This document shows, piece after piece, positions 28,068 to 45,247 of a stretch of 64,000 nucleotides of DNA. The translations under genes and the position numbers were made by a program. The notes below the pieces were generated by a model. The model saw nothing but the letters and a program-made list of their open reading frames with translations. It did no database searches and had not been told where the DNA came from. Location of the stretch: contig OZ024741.1 in assembly GCA_964016885.1 (NCBI GenBank), forward strand, positions 66,960,001 through 67,024,000, read 5' to 3'. The DNA is from Eledone cirrhosa. Lineage: Eukaryota. Each line of letters begins with the position of its first letter. Position 1 is the first letter of the stretch.

Positions 28068-31000
28068 AAACAGATAAAACTAAATCAAGATACTTTAGAG
28101 AATATCAATAGATATCCCGACAAAATTGACGGTATAAATATGGCCGATATCTCATTAACAGATGAATTCAACAACAACAACACAAATATATACGGCAACA
28201 CTACGGTCGACTCTGATGAATTATCTGTATTACAACTGCCGCCTAAGTATGCCACATACAACAAGGTAAATATGATTAGATGCTTGTCAGAAATAGAAAA
28301 ATCATTTACAAAATTACGTGGGAGCCTCAAAAACAAAAACAAAAACAAAAACAAAAGTAACAACATACGCACGCACACACGCATATACAACACACATCCA
28401 AACAACAACAGACACACAGACACAAACAACAATAACAACAACACACACATCAACAATAATAACATACTCAGAAACAACAACAACAGACACGCAGACACAA
28501 ACAACAATAACAACACACACAACAATAATAACATACACGGAGACAACAACAACAACACACATCAACAACAGCTCACATCAACAACAACAACAACAACAAC
28601 AACATCACACACACATTTAATGCCTCTCACCACCACCACAATCTTAACAAACACACAAACCAGAAAACAGATAATGACAGTAGCACAGAAATAAGGGAAG
28701 GTAATAGGATTGAAAGGAGAAGGGAGACTATGGACAGAGAAAATAACCAAGACGAACACACAGACACACAAAATAGAGTAGATAATAACAATGAGCCAGG
28801 GGAAAGAGACAGGAGTAATAATGAGAGACATAGAAACAACCATGAGGCTGTTGGTGGAAATAGAAATAGAAACAACACAACTAACAATAACAATAGCACT
28901 AGTACACATAAAGCAGCAGCCTGGAACTCTACTTTTTATAATCCCTCTGATAAGTCGTTCGACTTGCGTCGAGTCCACGCCACGACTTTAGCTTTTAACA
29001 AACGCACGCAATTGCCATCGCAGGTCGATGAACAAACAGAAGCACAATTTAGTATAGCTAGATCTAAACTTAGAAATATAGAACAGTATAGCAAGAAGCA
29101 TAATAGAATGGAAACCCAGCAACTGGGAGAAAAATCTGCAAATGGCTTGCGTAAGCTCATGCAGCGCTCGCGTAATGGAGAGATAGCATGCTTTCCAACA
29201 GACAAGTCTGGCAGAATGTCGGTTGACAGTCTGCCAAACTACATCCAGGCAATGCAACCCCACATCACTAACACAAGAGAAGTAACACCACAAGACCATG
29301 AGGATAGAGAAAAAGCCCTCAATACCCATATGGTGATGTGGACAAATATAATGCAGCCCAACAAAAGGACTGCCAATAACTTCCAGGCCTGGAACAATGA
29401 CGTGCCAGCGTTGTATGGGCTTCGAAAGGACCATAAAACGAGCAGTGACCCTGTCACGGGACCACCAACACGGCCAGTCTGTGGAGCTAACATTGCTAGT
29501 AACTACAGACTGTCCTACTTCCTCTCCCTGATCATACGCCCCATCATTGAAATGTCCCCAGATGTATGTGACAGCACGGAGGACCTCTTCAGCAGAATCG
29601 GCGAGAGTAACCGATCTAGGGACCTAACAAACTGCATAATAGGTAGTATGGATGTTGTGTCCCTGTATTCATCTATTGACGCGGATTTTGCTGTGGAGAA
29701 ATGCGTAGAAATGATCAGTGAGAGCAATGTTGAATTCCGTGGGATTGATACCAGTGAGCTGGGACTCCTACTTAAACTTACCTATAGTAATAATTTTCTA
29801 GACACATATGTCCTTAGCAACCTTTGCCCTACAAGACCAGCAAGAAGCAAGCAGACCACCTACCATTACTTCAATGGCCAAGAAAACCCACACAGATAGA
29901 TGGAACGGGTGGACCAGAGCCATACGGACACCCGAAAACCACGATGAACTAAAGAAAATGATTGCACATGCGGTGGGGGCCAGCATTCAATTAACCCTTA
30001 AGGAACATATGTTCAAATTTAATGGAAAAACATATGCCCAAGAGGAGGGAGCAGCCATTGGTGTTAGCATTGCAGGCGACATAGCTAACCTATTCATGGT
30101 ATGGTGGGACAGTAGACTTAAACTTAAACTTAAAGAACAATTAGAAGACGCCTTAACCCTGATAATGTACTCCCGCTACGTTGATGATATAAACATCGTA
30201 GTTAAAACACCCCCACTAGAGAATAGTCAGGAATTAGAGAAAAACACAATGGAAAGCATCCAGCAAATAGCTAACTCCATCCACCAGAGTATTAGAGTTA
30301 CTATAGACTACCCAAGCAAACACTCCAACCATCGATTACCTGTACTAGACACAGAATTCTGGGTAGATACCATTAATAACAAAAAACAAATCCTCCATTC
30401 CCATTATGCCAAACCCATGACTTCCAAATATCTGATCCACCGAAACTCAGCTGTTTCGGACCATACCAAAATCAACATACTGATTGCGGATTTGGTACGG
30501 GTGATGAGAAACGTGTCCCACATGTGCAACCCCAAAGAACTAGAGAGACACATACAACACTTCATCCACCGTATGCAGTTCTCTGGTTACAATCAGAGAG
30601 ATAAAATCAGAGTGTATAGAGGAGCCAGAACCAAATGGGAAAAATGGTAAATAATGACACAAGTAGGACCTGCCCCTTGTATAGGAGCAAATTTTGGAAT
30701 ATAATAGAAAGAACTAGGAATAAGGCTAATAGAATAAACTCATGGTATGATAGCAATTAATACCAGAATGTAATGTTCATCGATAGAGCCCCTAGAGGTG
30801 AATTAGCTTACAAATTTAGAAGGGCCCTAGATAAATATAAACTCAATATTAAGATAGTAGAAAGACCAGGTACCTCCATAAAAACACTTATTAGCAAGAC
30901 ATACCCTTTTCAAAGACCTCCCTGTATAGATAAGAAATGTATAATCTGTAAATTAAGCCCCATATTAACTGTAAAACTAGAAATGTAGTATATAGCATAA

Positions 31001-31765
31001 GATGTACTGAAGGACAATGTTGAGATAAAAATATAGTGTACATAGGTGAGACAGCTCGTAGTATAGGGGAACGGATAAATGAACACTGGCGAGACCTTCA
31101 AGATAGTAAAGAATCATCTGTACTCTACCAACATGCTAAAATAGAACATAAGGGTAAATTATAGAACATAGAAATAAAAATAGAATCTACACACAGAAAA
31201 GACGCAATTTTTAGACAAATCGCAGAGGCAATAAACATAAATGAATTACAACCAAAATTAAATAGAAAACATGAGTGGAACAGCAACATCACAACTTACA
31301 ATTAAGGACAAAATGAAAAAACACACGCACATAGAACAAACAACCAACCAGTAACATGTAAATAAACAAATAAATAAACGAATATAAACACACACAGACA
31401 TCCGGATGTAACACATGCGAAAACTAAGCACACAACACACACACAAAAACAAGATGGCGTAGGACAGAACAAATGAGAGGCACAAAAAACAAAGAAAAGA
31501 ACCCTCAGTCACTGAAGAGGTCACAGAATGCGTGACGAAAGAACTTTGAAAATATATAAACAACCATCTGGTTGTGGAACCAACCAACCAACCGGAAATT
31601 TATAAATTCTTAAATTTATAAATTTATTATAATAAATTGAAGTGAAAGCAACTGGTGCGTGTGTTTCTTATTGACAACATGACCCTTCCAAAGTATAACA
31701 ATATCGGTTTCAACACACGTTTTCAGATAAAGTATCTTGCTAAACAAATTCAAAAACGAAATATA
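28068..31765 (+). mobile_element. Neptune-like Penelope element (degenerate ORF ~28069-31280, 3' pLTR to 31765) between (TA)n tracts
   Basis: PTDKSG, LYGLRKDHK, GPPTRPVCGA, SMDVVSLY, YAQEEGAAIG..IAGDIANLFM, RYVDDI, TIDYPS..RLPVLD, HYAKPM; Cys-rich linker and VYIGETARS GIY-YIG; several stops and frameshifts. Confidence 0.88.
31508..31550 (+). ncRNA. Minimal hammerhead in the Neptune-like pLTR
   Basis: gtca CTGAAGA g gtcac-agaatgc-gtgac GAAA gaac TT tga; stem I reads gtca/tgac in the paralog near 14005-14050. Confidence 0.65.
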
Positions 31766-31790
31766 TATATATATATATATATATACATAC

Positions 31791-31838
<48 letters not shown>

Positions 31839-31980
31839 TGAGCAGACCCTTAAGCGTTATTTGAATATACACTATATACATGCGCACACGCACTTACACC
31901 CCCACCATATATATACATATATATATGTATATATATGTATATATATATATATGTATATTCAAATAAGGCTTAAGGGTTTG

Positions 31981-34510
<2,530 letters not shown>

Positions 34511-34763
34511 TGTGTGTATTTGTGTGTGTAGGTACATACTCTGGAGTGTGAACAGACGTGTGAGATACCGAACCCAGCATCACTCCATTGAAGTGTGTCG
34601 GACGGAAAATGACTGATGACCCGTGTAGCTGTAAATAGTGACTAGAACTTAAGATGACGTGGAGTAACAACAGCCAATGGCTTGACAAGAGTGGAAGAGG
34701 TTTATTGAGGGTGTTTTTTGATGATAACACCCCAGTGATAAAATTTGCTCCGAACGAACTACC

Positions 34764-34854
34764 CGTGTCTGAAGGAACCTGCAGCTATAGAATCAGCCAT
34801 ATCCATACAAGGACCATATCTCGAGCTACCTGCCGGCGAAACAATTGTAACACG
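34764..34854 (+). ncRNA. Degenerate hammerhead in a separate short element (~34525-34985)
   Basis: cgtgt CTGAAGG ... ctgccggc GAAAC aatt GTA acacg; stems I and III intact, stem II base eroded. Confidence 0.6.
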
Positions 34855-35010
34855 CAATAAATTGAGTCCAGATGCATCAGTGATTATTCGTTTACTTTAT
34901 AATATCTACACTCTACTCTGATGAATATTGAGTGATAATTTTGGCATACCTCCTATGGAAGCACCATAGCTACCATTATACATAAGTATATATATATATA
35001 TATATATATA

Positions 35011-35228
35011 TAATAGTACAAGGCCGTTTGGTTAAGCCTTCATTACGTTTATTGGTTGGTGACGCGCGTTTCGCTATTGATCTGTACTGATCTGGCTCGA
35101 CTCTGGAATCAAAAGCTCGTCGGATCTTTGTTGCAGTAATTACTACCATGAGCTGAGCAATAACGAAACGCGCGTCACCACCCAGTGAACTTAATGAAGG
35201 CTTAATTAATCGTCCTTGTAATATTATA
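35011..35228. mobile_element. Fold-back element with HHR 3' portions; relative at ~18605-18750
   Basis: Arms are reverse complements; the plus arm starts ATGA gct-gagcaat-aac GAAAC gcgc GTC acca. Confidence 0.75.
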
Positions 35229-35724
35229 TTACACTCTGTCTAGCTCTACACCTCACCACTGACGTGAACCTAAACACCGAGTGATCGCCTGGGTGGTAAC
35301 TTCGCGTTACATTCCCTGGATATATATATATAAACAAGTTTGGCAAGTCGGGATATCAAAGTAATTATGGTATTACAAGAGGATGCAAAGCTGAATATGT
35401 TTACATAATCAGCAATTAAAAAGACCAAATACATCTGAGGTATAATCCACAAAGTAAAGTCCAATAAATTCTATGAATGTAACTTCACAGAGCATTAGCA
35501 ATTTAAATGATATTGAACCAAAGATAAATGAGGGGTAAATTCATTTATTCATTTTACGCCCACTTCACTAGTTGAAAGAAAATAAATGGCAATTAAATAA
35601 TCAAAAATATAAGTGTATGTACAACACTATACCGTTTAATATATGTATGAAGAAATATGATAAAATATGTTTCATATGAAAGAGATGTGTAATCTTACAT
35701 ATAACGTAGATATTAAATTATACG

Positions 35725-35755
<31 letters not shown>

Positions 35756-35797
35756 ATCGAGCCCTCTTTGGATTTTAGTCTTCAAATTTATTATTAT

Positions 35798-35850
<53 letters not shown>

Positions 35851-35857
<7 letters not shown>

Positions 35858-37012
35858 ATACTCGGGGAGGGTCATATTGTTGGAATAATATTGCCCCAGA
35901 AATAATTGTTTCTATTTTAGGCACAAGGCCAGCAATTACCCAGTATATTACTGGTACTTTATTTTATCGACCCTGTAAGGATGAAAGGCAAAGTTAACCT
36001 CGGCGGGATTTGAAGTCAGATCATAAAGGGACGTAACTCTATGCTTCAAAGCATGGTGGCCGACTCTCTACCGATACTGCCAATCCATTGCCCCAGAAAT
36101 AATAACAGAACACACTCACTGATTGGTTGGTTTTCACTTCTGTATCTTTTATATCTCCATAATTAATTCATTTGGCCATCAATGTTTATCACTAACTGAC
36201 CAACGGTCAAAAATACAGATATAAACACATATATATAGTCTAACAAAGTTCTTTCGCTGCACATCTGCAACATCATCAGTGGTACTATTCTCATGTTTCG
36301 CCTGCTGTATTGTATGTATTGTAATTTCCACGCCATTTTTATTTTATCTATTTATTTATTTATTTTATTTTTGTCTTCGTCTCTGCGCATGCGTTTGCGT
36401 GTGTGTATAGTGTTTGATTTGTGTGTTCGCGTTTGGGGGACTGTGTTTTGGTTATTGAATTCTATCTTAGTTTATTAGTGTGTGCTTATATGTGTTTGTT
36501 GTTATTGTGCTTGTGTATATATTTATTTATTTATATTTGTCTTAAGTCAGTATTGTTTGTTTGGGTGTCGTTGTTATTCCATTCATTTTTTCTGTTTAGT
36601 TTTGGCTTTCTAAGCTCTATTTCACTTGCTTCTCTGATTTGCCTACCTGTTGAGTCATTTCTATGTTTAGATATTATTTTAATTTCTATGTTGTCTATGT
36701 TACCGTCATGTTGTTGTCTGGCGTGTTCGAATAGTACTAAACCGTTTTTTTTGTCCTTTTAATTCCCCCCAGTGTTGGTCTATTATCTTTCCTATGCTTC
36801 GAGCTGTCTCACCTATGTTTGTCGTTGTCATGTTTCTGCAAGTACCCTCTCTACATCTTATGCTATAGACTACATTTCTAGTTTTACAGTTTATCTGGGA
36901 GTTAACTTTACATATAACACATTTCTTATTAGTACAGTGGGTTTTCTTAAAAGGGTATGTTTTGCCGATCAGAGATTTTATGGTAGTTCCTGGCTTTTCT
37001 ACCACTTAAAGA
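35851..37012 (-). mobile_element. 5'-truncated Neptune-like PLE (GIY-YIG region plus pLTR with HHR at 36243-36283), interrupted by a SINE
   Basis: VEKPGTTIKSLI..YPF...C..KKC.IC...NCKTRNVVYSIRC...IGETARSI; HHR CTGATGA t gttgca-gatg-tgcagc GAAA gaac TT. Confidence 0.85.
35901..36086 (-). mobile_element. Full-length family A SINE with target-site duplication
   Basis: attgccccagaaataat at 35890-35906 and 36087-36103; an empty-site paralog lies near 22930. Confidence 0.88.
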
Positions 37013-37013
37013 T

Positions 37014-37061
<48 letters not shown>

Positions 37062-37068
<7 letters not shown>

Positions 37069-37935
37069 TAACTCATGTCTATAGAATTAATCAGATATTA
37101 AAATATATACTATTTCTTCTTCTAATCAGCATAATTAACCATATACATAATCAAATCTAGCAAGCTTTAAGAATACATTTTCTAACGGGGAAATCTCCGA
37201 CAAATAACTGACCGCAGCTAGTTCGCGTTAACTCCGTTCACCATTTATCAAACATTTCGGCAGCATGCAGAATCCGATCAAATACACCGTCAACCGCACG
37301 TAATTAGTAGTAAAATTAAACTTAGAAGAAATGCGCACATACCGTAATTATATCTCTACCATGGTTTCTTCCTAGTTTAGGACATCCAAATAATATGGAT
37401 ATGCTTTTTTGAGTCAGGAATCTTCAGGAGACAAACTCAGAAATAGACATTTAATTTCTCAGACAGACCGCGCCAAATTTAGATTCAAAAATGGCTAAGA
37501 TCGCTATGTAGCTGTGTACCAGCCAGAGAGAAAGCGTGTGATTGGTCGCTTACGGCGGGTAGGCATGCTGCTAGAAAGCGCAGCCATATATCGCATATCC
37601 ATATTATTTGGATGTCCTAAACTAGGAAGAAACCATGGTAGAGATATAATTACGGTATGTGCGCATTTCTTCTAAGTTTAATTTTACTACTAATTACGTG
37701 CGGTTGACGGTGTATTTGATCGGATTCCTCATGCTGCCGAAATGTTTGATAAATGGTGAACGGAGTTAACGCGAACTAGCTGCGGTCAGTTATTTGTCGG
37801 AGATTTCCCCGTTAGAAAATTTATTCTTAAAGCTTGCTAGATTTGATTATGTATATGGTTAATTATGCTGATTAGAAGAAGAAATAGTATATATTTTAAT
37901 ATCTGATTAATTCTATAGACATGAGTTATGATATA
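37062..37935. mobile_element. Fold-back element with 343-bp arms (37062-37404 / 37593-37935) and an intact HHR at 37351-37433 (minus)
   Basis: tgtctc CTGAAGA ttcct...aggaa GAAA c-catg-g TA gagata; the arms are near-identical reverse complements. Confidence 0.9.
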
Positions 37936-38049
37936 ATGCTCTGTTTTTTTTATTTTAATTTATTAATTCTTCATTGAGCTTAAAAGTGAACAGTTGCAAC
38001 ACATATATGTATCCTTGATTTAATTTAATTTAATTTTATGTATGTGATA

Positions 38050-38258
<209 letters not shown>

Positions 38259-39949
38259 TATATATATTTAATTATTTACACAGCAAAATATGAAAATAAA
38301 TAAATAAATATAGTAAAATTACTCTCTCATAATTGATAAAATGAATGAACCGTGTATCGAAGGACAATATATATTTAAGCAAATCCGTACGTAGGTATGA
38401 AACACGCAAGTCCATAAAGAATTCAAAGATAAATATGAAAAACATTTAAAAAATAGAACTATTACGGTGGTTGAGTGGTGCAACTGTAGGTTACACAGAA
38501 GAAGAAGAAGAAGAAGAAGAAAGTGGGCGTTGACGCAAAAAGGGTTGGGAACCCCTAGTTTAACATATATGGAGAATTATACGAATATTCCTAATTGATC
38601 AGCAATGACGCTTGCTCTTAGCGTGATTCTTTGTTTGAAAACTTGTGAATTCAAATTTTATTTAAAAAAATAAAAATAAATGGAAAATTTAAATCATTGA
38701 ATAATTTTCCGAAAGTTGACGAAAATAAAAAAGACGATATCAAATAGAAAATTTGAAAGAATATATTCTTAAATAAAAATAAAGCAAAACGTTGAAAAGT
38801 ATCGAAAATTAGTGAATGCTTGTTGGAATTCAAGGGAAAGAATCAAATATTCTATAGATGACGGAAATCGCCGGAAATTATGTAAAAAATATATATGACA
38901 GAATTTTGGCAAATAAATTTTAAAATATATCCGCATTTAATATTTTACTGTTTGAAAATATCATATTTTATTCGTATTTTTATCAAAAATAGTTGATATT
39001 CGTATTGTTATGTTTCTTCCTTTTTTTAATTTCGGAACAGTTGAAAGATTAAGCTTCCCCAAATGTTATTTCAAAATATTTGAAATGCTTGTTAAGTTCC
39101 GTAGAAAGGAAAAAGGTTGTTATCTCAGTGAATCTAGCTCCCAAGAGATCGGAACCATAACATTTTATTTAAATCAATACAGCCTCTGAGAAACACAAGA
39201 ACGCATTTAAATAATGACAAATACATGTTGATGGTTGTAGAATAAGAGGGAAGCTTTATCAGTCACACTCGCTACATTGCTTCTATTCTTGATTCAAAAA
39301 CAAATTTTTAAAATGAACGAACGTTACAGCTTCTAATTCCCTTCTACAATATTATTTCAAATGAAAATACATCGGTATTATACATTCTATAAATGAGTAG
39401 CTCAATTGCCGACACACACTCAGCCAAACAACTAGGCGAGACCTACTGTTACTGTGTTTTTGATTAAGCATCTAGCAACAGTTAGTTTCACATTGAAAGT
39501 ATGTTGATTCGTTTAAAACAGTAATCTAAAGTAATCATTCCCTCATTTAGTTTATCGAAAATATACTACAATGTAATTAATTGAAAAATATGACTGGTGA
39601 AAAAAAACATGAATCATAGATTTACTCATTTGTACTCTTTAACAAGCAGAGCTCCGACGGTACGAAACTGCTTTGATTATCGTTTGAAGCGGTAATCCTA
39701 GCTAATATTCCTCAAAAAGATGTAAACGTTCTATTTTTTTATCTTCTTTCCTAAATGTATATTTCTGTGAACGTTCAAAAATGCTGGCTATCGATTTTGA
39801 TTATACGTTTTGCATAACCATAAGACGGTGAAATAGCAATTAATTGTAGGACGCCAGATTAAACCGTTATACATTTTAAATGAATAATTTTACATTTTGA
39901 ATCTATATATAGGTAAGATAGACAGATATTGACTTTCAAAATCCCAAGT

Positions 39950-40500
39950 GTAAGATATGTAGGAATTATTTAATAATATTGAGTGCATAGCTTTTGTCAG
40001 ATACATCTATAGAATTCAGCCAGTGCCAGAAACTGAGGATGCAACGAAGGAAACCATCCTCTAAACAATTGAAAATTGCATATATTTTTCAGTTTACTTT
40101 TGTAGACGCTACATAAATTTCCCTTATTTGATCACTTGATCTTCTTAGTAGCAGAAAACAAAATCTTCCCCTAAATTACGCATTACTGTTTTAAATAAAG
40201 AAGGACATAGAAATATACTAGTCATAGCTAGAACGTTTAATATAACTACTGTATAACTACTCTATTCGTACAGGAATTACATCGAACCCAGTACAACAAA
40301 CTTAGATTTGCACCCACTAAATACGCAGAATCCTTTTTACCAAAAACTTCCGAAAGCCTTAAATATTCAGCATATAACTGAAAAGATAAAAATCTAGAAG
40401 TTACATACAAATCCACATTCAAAACACACAGAGAAAACTTAGTAAAGAAATGACACGTAAATATATTTAGAACATTTATATCATCAGAAAGGAACAATAA
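39950..40500 (-). pseudogene. Possible highly decayed CR1/L2-type RT fragment
   Basis: FQLYAEYLRL resembles LYADDLKL; little other support. Confidence 0.25.
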
Positions 40501-41482
40501 GCAACGCTTTAGATCAATTATTTACTTTGTCAATGAGTCTTATTTGGGCTATCATTCTCTCTCGACAATAAACCACAATAAATTACAATCAACCACAGAA
40601 TCAGTGCTCTACGCATTATAGATTATTGTATACAGACCACCGCCACTGAAAGCCTATACAACTAAACGAAAATACTCAAGATGAAAAGTTATATGTACAT
40701 GCGTGTGACGCAATTTCTTTCCACAGCAAGCTTCAACCCACACGGTCTCTCTGCCACTACATGAGAAATCCCATCCAAAACCACATACTTATACAATACC
40801 TCGCACTATTATAATCACGTCCGAAAAACATCACTCAGCCAATACGAATAAAAATAAAGATGCATGTCAGCTGGAGACATGTTAAAATCGGGAAGGCGTA
40901 TTAGAGAGTGGCAACTTGTCATTCAGCCGACAATTAGTTGTTGTTCTTCTTCTCTGGCCATTTATTCGTGGGAAGAGTCCTCAAACACTCCTTCCAGTGG
41001 GTTCTGTTTTGTCAGGAGTAACCGTCTTCAATTGATCCGGATTGATCCCCAAACAGCAACTTCAAATGTGAAAATTATGATTTAAAAAAAAAAAAAAAAC
41101 GAATTTCAACTCTCATTTGGTTTCTGAAATTCTCGCGGATGAAAGTTAAATCTAAGAAGAAATTTCAAGTAATTATAAACCTTCATTCTGATAGATTTCG
41201 TTTTCAATTCCAACATTATTTTGTATAGAATTGCAAACATACCAATTAGATTGAACAAAAATGTTAAAAAGTACAATGATGAAGTAAAATTTCTATTTTT
41301 CGTTATTTTTTAAAGTCTAAAAAGAAAACAAGAAATAGAGAGGAATATTAAAATTCTGTGATGTTGACTCGCCATTATTCATTAATTGTCAACAGAGGCA
41401 AGGATGAACAGATTGCTAATTATAGAGAAAGCAAATTAATTTCCTCCTTCTGTTTCTCATTCTCTATCTCTCCCCCTACGCG

Positions 41483-41539
<57 letters not shown>

Positions 41540-42371
41540 GTGATGTGCATGTATGTGTGTGTGTATATATGTATATATAGTATATATAATGGAAAACCAA
41601 AATCAGCAATCGCAAAACATCAGACGTATACACGAAATTCGTTATTATTGCTTTTGTCCCGGACAAATACTTATGGTAGCAATCAATTAGAGGATGTTAC
41701 AGCATTCGTTAGCTCTGCTGTCATTGATGATTAAATTAGACCATCCTCAATAAAGAGACGATCTATGCTAAGGAGGAAAACAATCAAAGTTTTCGGTGGT
41801 TCCAGTCATCAGTCTGCAACCTTGCTGGGGCATCACGTTAATTTTGTCGATCATATCGACCCTAGGAGTTATAATTTTAAGAGTGCTAGACAAACAGTCA
41901 GCTGAATATGCAGTGAGGCACTCAAAAAGAAATTCGTAAGGCAGATGGGTACAACGGTCATTTAGACAGGATGATGGATATATGGGCAGTCTAACATTTA
42001 GACAGAGTATATCGAAAATCGAAGAGGCATCTTGTCATGAAAACAAGCAGAAAATAATTAAACTAATATATTAGACAAGCAGAGAGACAAGCGGATAATC
42101 AACTTGGAAGTCTCTAAATGTATGCGCACCATGCTAGAAACAAGAGCCATATGCCCGAGAAAATTGTCATAAACATAAAGACAATGCATTGTCATAGCTA
42201 AATCGTCTTTGGGCATAGACAGTTGCTGAACACCAAGAAATTCTAAACATTCAAATAGAATAAACTTCACAGAGATAAATATACCTTGATAACCAGACAT
42301 ATATCTAATGATGTTAATTTAGATACATGGCAGACGATTTGTAAGAAGGGGAAAGTCGATTACATCTACTC

Positions 42372-42515
42372 TGGTATATGACCGGTACTTTATTTTATTC
42401 CCTCTGGAAGGATAAAAGGCAAAGTTGACTTAGGCGGAATTTGAACTCAGAACGTAAAAGACTCTAATTAAATGGTGAATAGCATTTTGTCAGACGCTCT
42501 GACGATTCTGTCAAT
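42372..42515 (-). mobile_element. Diverged family A SINE
   Basis: ggtactttatttta..aaggataaaaggcaaagttgac..ggcggaatttgaactcag. Confidence 0.7.
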
Positions 42516-42724
42516 CAACTACCTTTGTGTATTTTGGGCACATAGTTGGATACATTCATAGACAGACGCAGGAGCAAATATATATAGTATACAGACAAAG
42601 GAATAGGTGATTTGAACAGCTGACGAGTTAGGCATATTGTTTGATAGATATACATGAAATCATTAGGAATGCTCTGATGCCTTAATACGAATAAAACAGG
42701 TCTAGTCTTGTAGAAGTCATTTCT

Positions 42725-42810
<86 letters not shown>

Positions 42811-42815
<5 letters not shown>

Positions 42816-44275
42816 GAAGTTAATATGCCCGTGGGTACTAAGTACCCCCGGAAATACATAGGTTGTCTATGATTTAAGGTTGTTCTATGGTATCAATTTG
42901 ACATACCAGAACTATAATATTAATATAAGCAGAAGAAGCAAAATTCAACCAATTTTTTTAAATAAATTAAAAAATATAATTTAAATATTTACCTATTCAT
43001 TTGGCCCTTACCGATCGGTTTCGCCTTGTAAAACACTAGAGATCCAATGGATTTCTAATCGAAAATCAAGGCTCATCAGAGAAGCATTTTCCTTTCCTAG
43101 GGCTAAAGACCCAGGAACGATAAAATATATTGTTATCTGCCAGCTAGCACATATCCAAAAGGCCGAAAAATGACCTGTACGTGAACTACCCGAGGTGAAA
43201 GCGGGAAAAACATAGACGTGTTGTCTATCTCGTTACTAAAAATAGCAGCTAAATAGAAACAACAGATTTGTTCTCAACATAACGGAGGGTAATAGAAGAA
43301 GTTAATATGCCCGTGGGTACTAAGTACCCCCGGAAATACATAGGTTGTCTATGATTTAAGGTTGTTCTATGGTATCAATTTGACATACCAGAACTATAAT
43401 ATTAATATAAGCAGAACAAGCAAAATTCAACCAATTTTTTTAAATGAATTAAAAAATATAATTTAAATATTTACCTATTCATTTGGCCCTTACCGATCGG
43501 TTTCGCCTTGTAAAACACTAGAGATCCAATGGATTTCTAATGGAAAATCAAATTGGATCTGTGCTAGCTGGCAGATAACAATATATTTTATCGTTCCTGG
43601 GTCTTTAACCCTAGGAAAGGAAAATGCTTCTCTGATGAGCCTTGATTTTCCATTAGAAATCCATTGGATCTCTAGTGTTTTACAAGGCGAAACCGATCGG
43701 TAAGGGCCGAATGAATAGGTAAATATTTAAAGTATATTTTTTAATTTATTTTAAAAAATTGGTTGAATTTTGCTTGTTCTGCTTATATTAATATTATAGT
43801 TCTGGTATGTCAAATTGATACCATAGAACAAACTTAAATCATAGACAACCTTTGTATTTCCGGGGGTACTTAGTACCCACGGGCATATTAACTTCTTCTA
43901 TTACTCTCCGTTATGTTGAGAACAAATCTGTTGTTTCTATTTAGCTGCTATTTTTAGTAACGAGATAGACAACACGTCTATGTTTTTCCCGCTTTCACCT
44001 CGGGTAGTTCACGTACAGGTCATTTTTCGGCCTTTTGGATCTGTGCTAGCTGGCAGATAACAATATATTTTATCGTTCCTGGGTCTTTAGCCCTAGGAAA
44101 GGAAAATGCTTCTCTGATGAGCCTTGATTTTCCATTAGAAATCCATTGGATCTCTAGTGTTTTACAAGGCGAAACCGATCGGTAAGGGCCAAATGAATAG
44201 GTAAATATTTAAATTATATTTTTTAATTTATTTAAAAAAATTGGTTGAATTTTGCTTGTTCTGCTTATATTAATA
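42811..44275. mobile_element. Retrozyme-like element: 482-bp HHR-containing unit, ~1.5 tandem copies on each strand, joined as a fold-back within (TA)n
   Basis: Period 482 (42812/43294; 43632/44114). HHR ttct CTGATGA gccttg...caaggc GAA ACCG-at-CGGT A aggg at 43005-43083(-), 43628-43706(+) and 44110-44188(+); junction ~43551; no ORF. Confidence 0.85.
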
Positions 44276-44314
44276 TATATATATATATATATGAATATAT
44301 ATATACATATATAT

Positions 44315-44413
<99 letters not shown>

Positions 44414-44422
44414 TATATATAC

Positions 44423-44590
<168 letters not shown>

Positions 44591-44649
44591 GACATTTTTT
44601 TCCAATTCCACCCCGCCGGTCCCTTCAATCTATCTAATTTCTCGTTCTT

Positions 44650-44685
44650 TCTTCTGATGAAGGACTAGCGTCCGAAACGTTAAGA
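44650..44685 (+). ncRNA. 36-nt minimal hammerhead of classic PLE type
   Basis: tctt CTGATGA a ggac-tagc-gtcc GAAACGTT aaga; palindromic AACGTT replaces stem III. Confidence 0.85.
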
Positions 44686-44778
44686 CCCCCTTCCTGCTAT
44701 TTCAAGCGTTACCCTAATATATTCCTTCCATATACTGTAACGATTGAGTTGTTATTTCTGTAATCCTTTTAAACACAC

Positions 44779-44932
<154 letters not shown>

Positions 44933-45247
44933 CAGGAATAACGATTTCATACATGAATGAATCAGGTCTAGTCCTGTAGAAGTCATTTCTATATTATCTA
45001 TACCAAAACACAGCCACTGTACGTGATATTAACTAAAATATGTGCACTTTGAACAACGGGCTACAGTCTCACTATTGCAATCTCTTAGATTCATTGAGTG
45101 GGTGTGTCGTTGGCTGCAGATCGATAAATTAATATAAACAATTTTCGTAAACCTTGTATAATAAAGATATATATATTAGCAAGATTCGGGGCCCGACTGC
45201 TGAGCTCTTGCTGTTTAAACAGCTAGTTCCAGCCGGAGACATATAGG

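Noticed and set aside
38538-38560. hAT-like terminal motif gggttgggaacccct
   Set aside because: No matching second end or target-site duplication found
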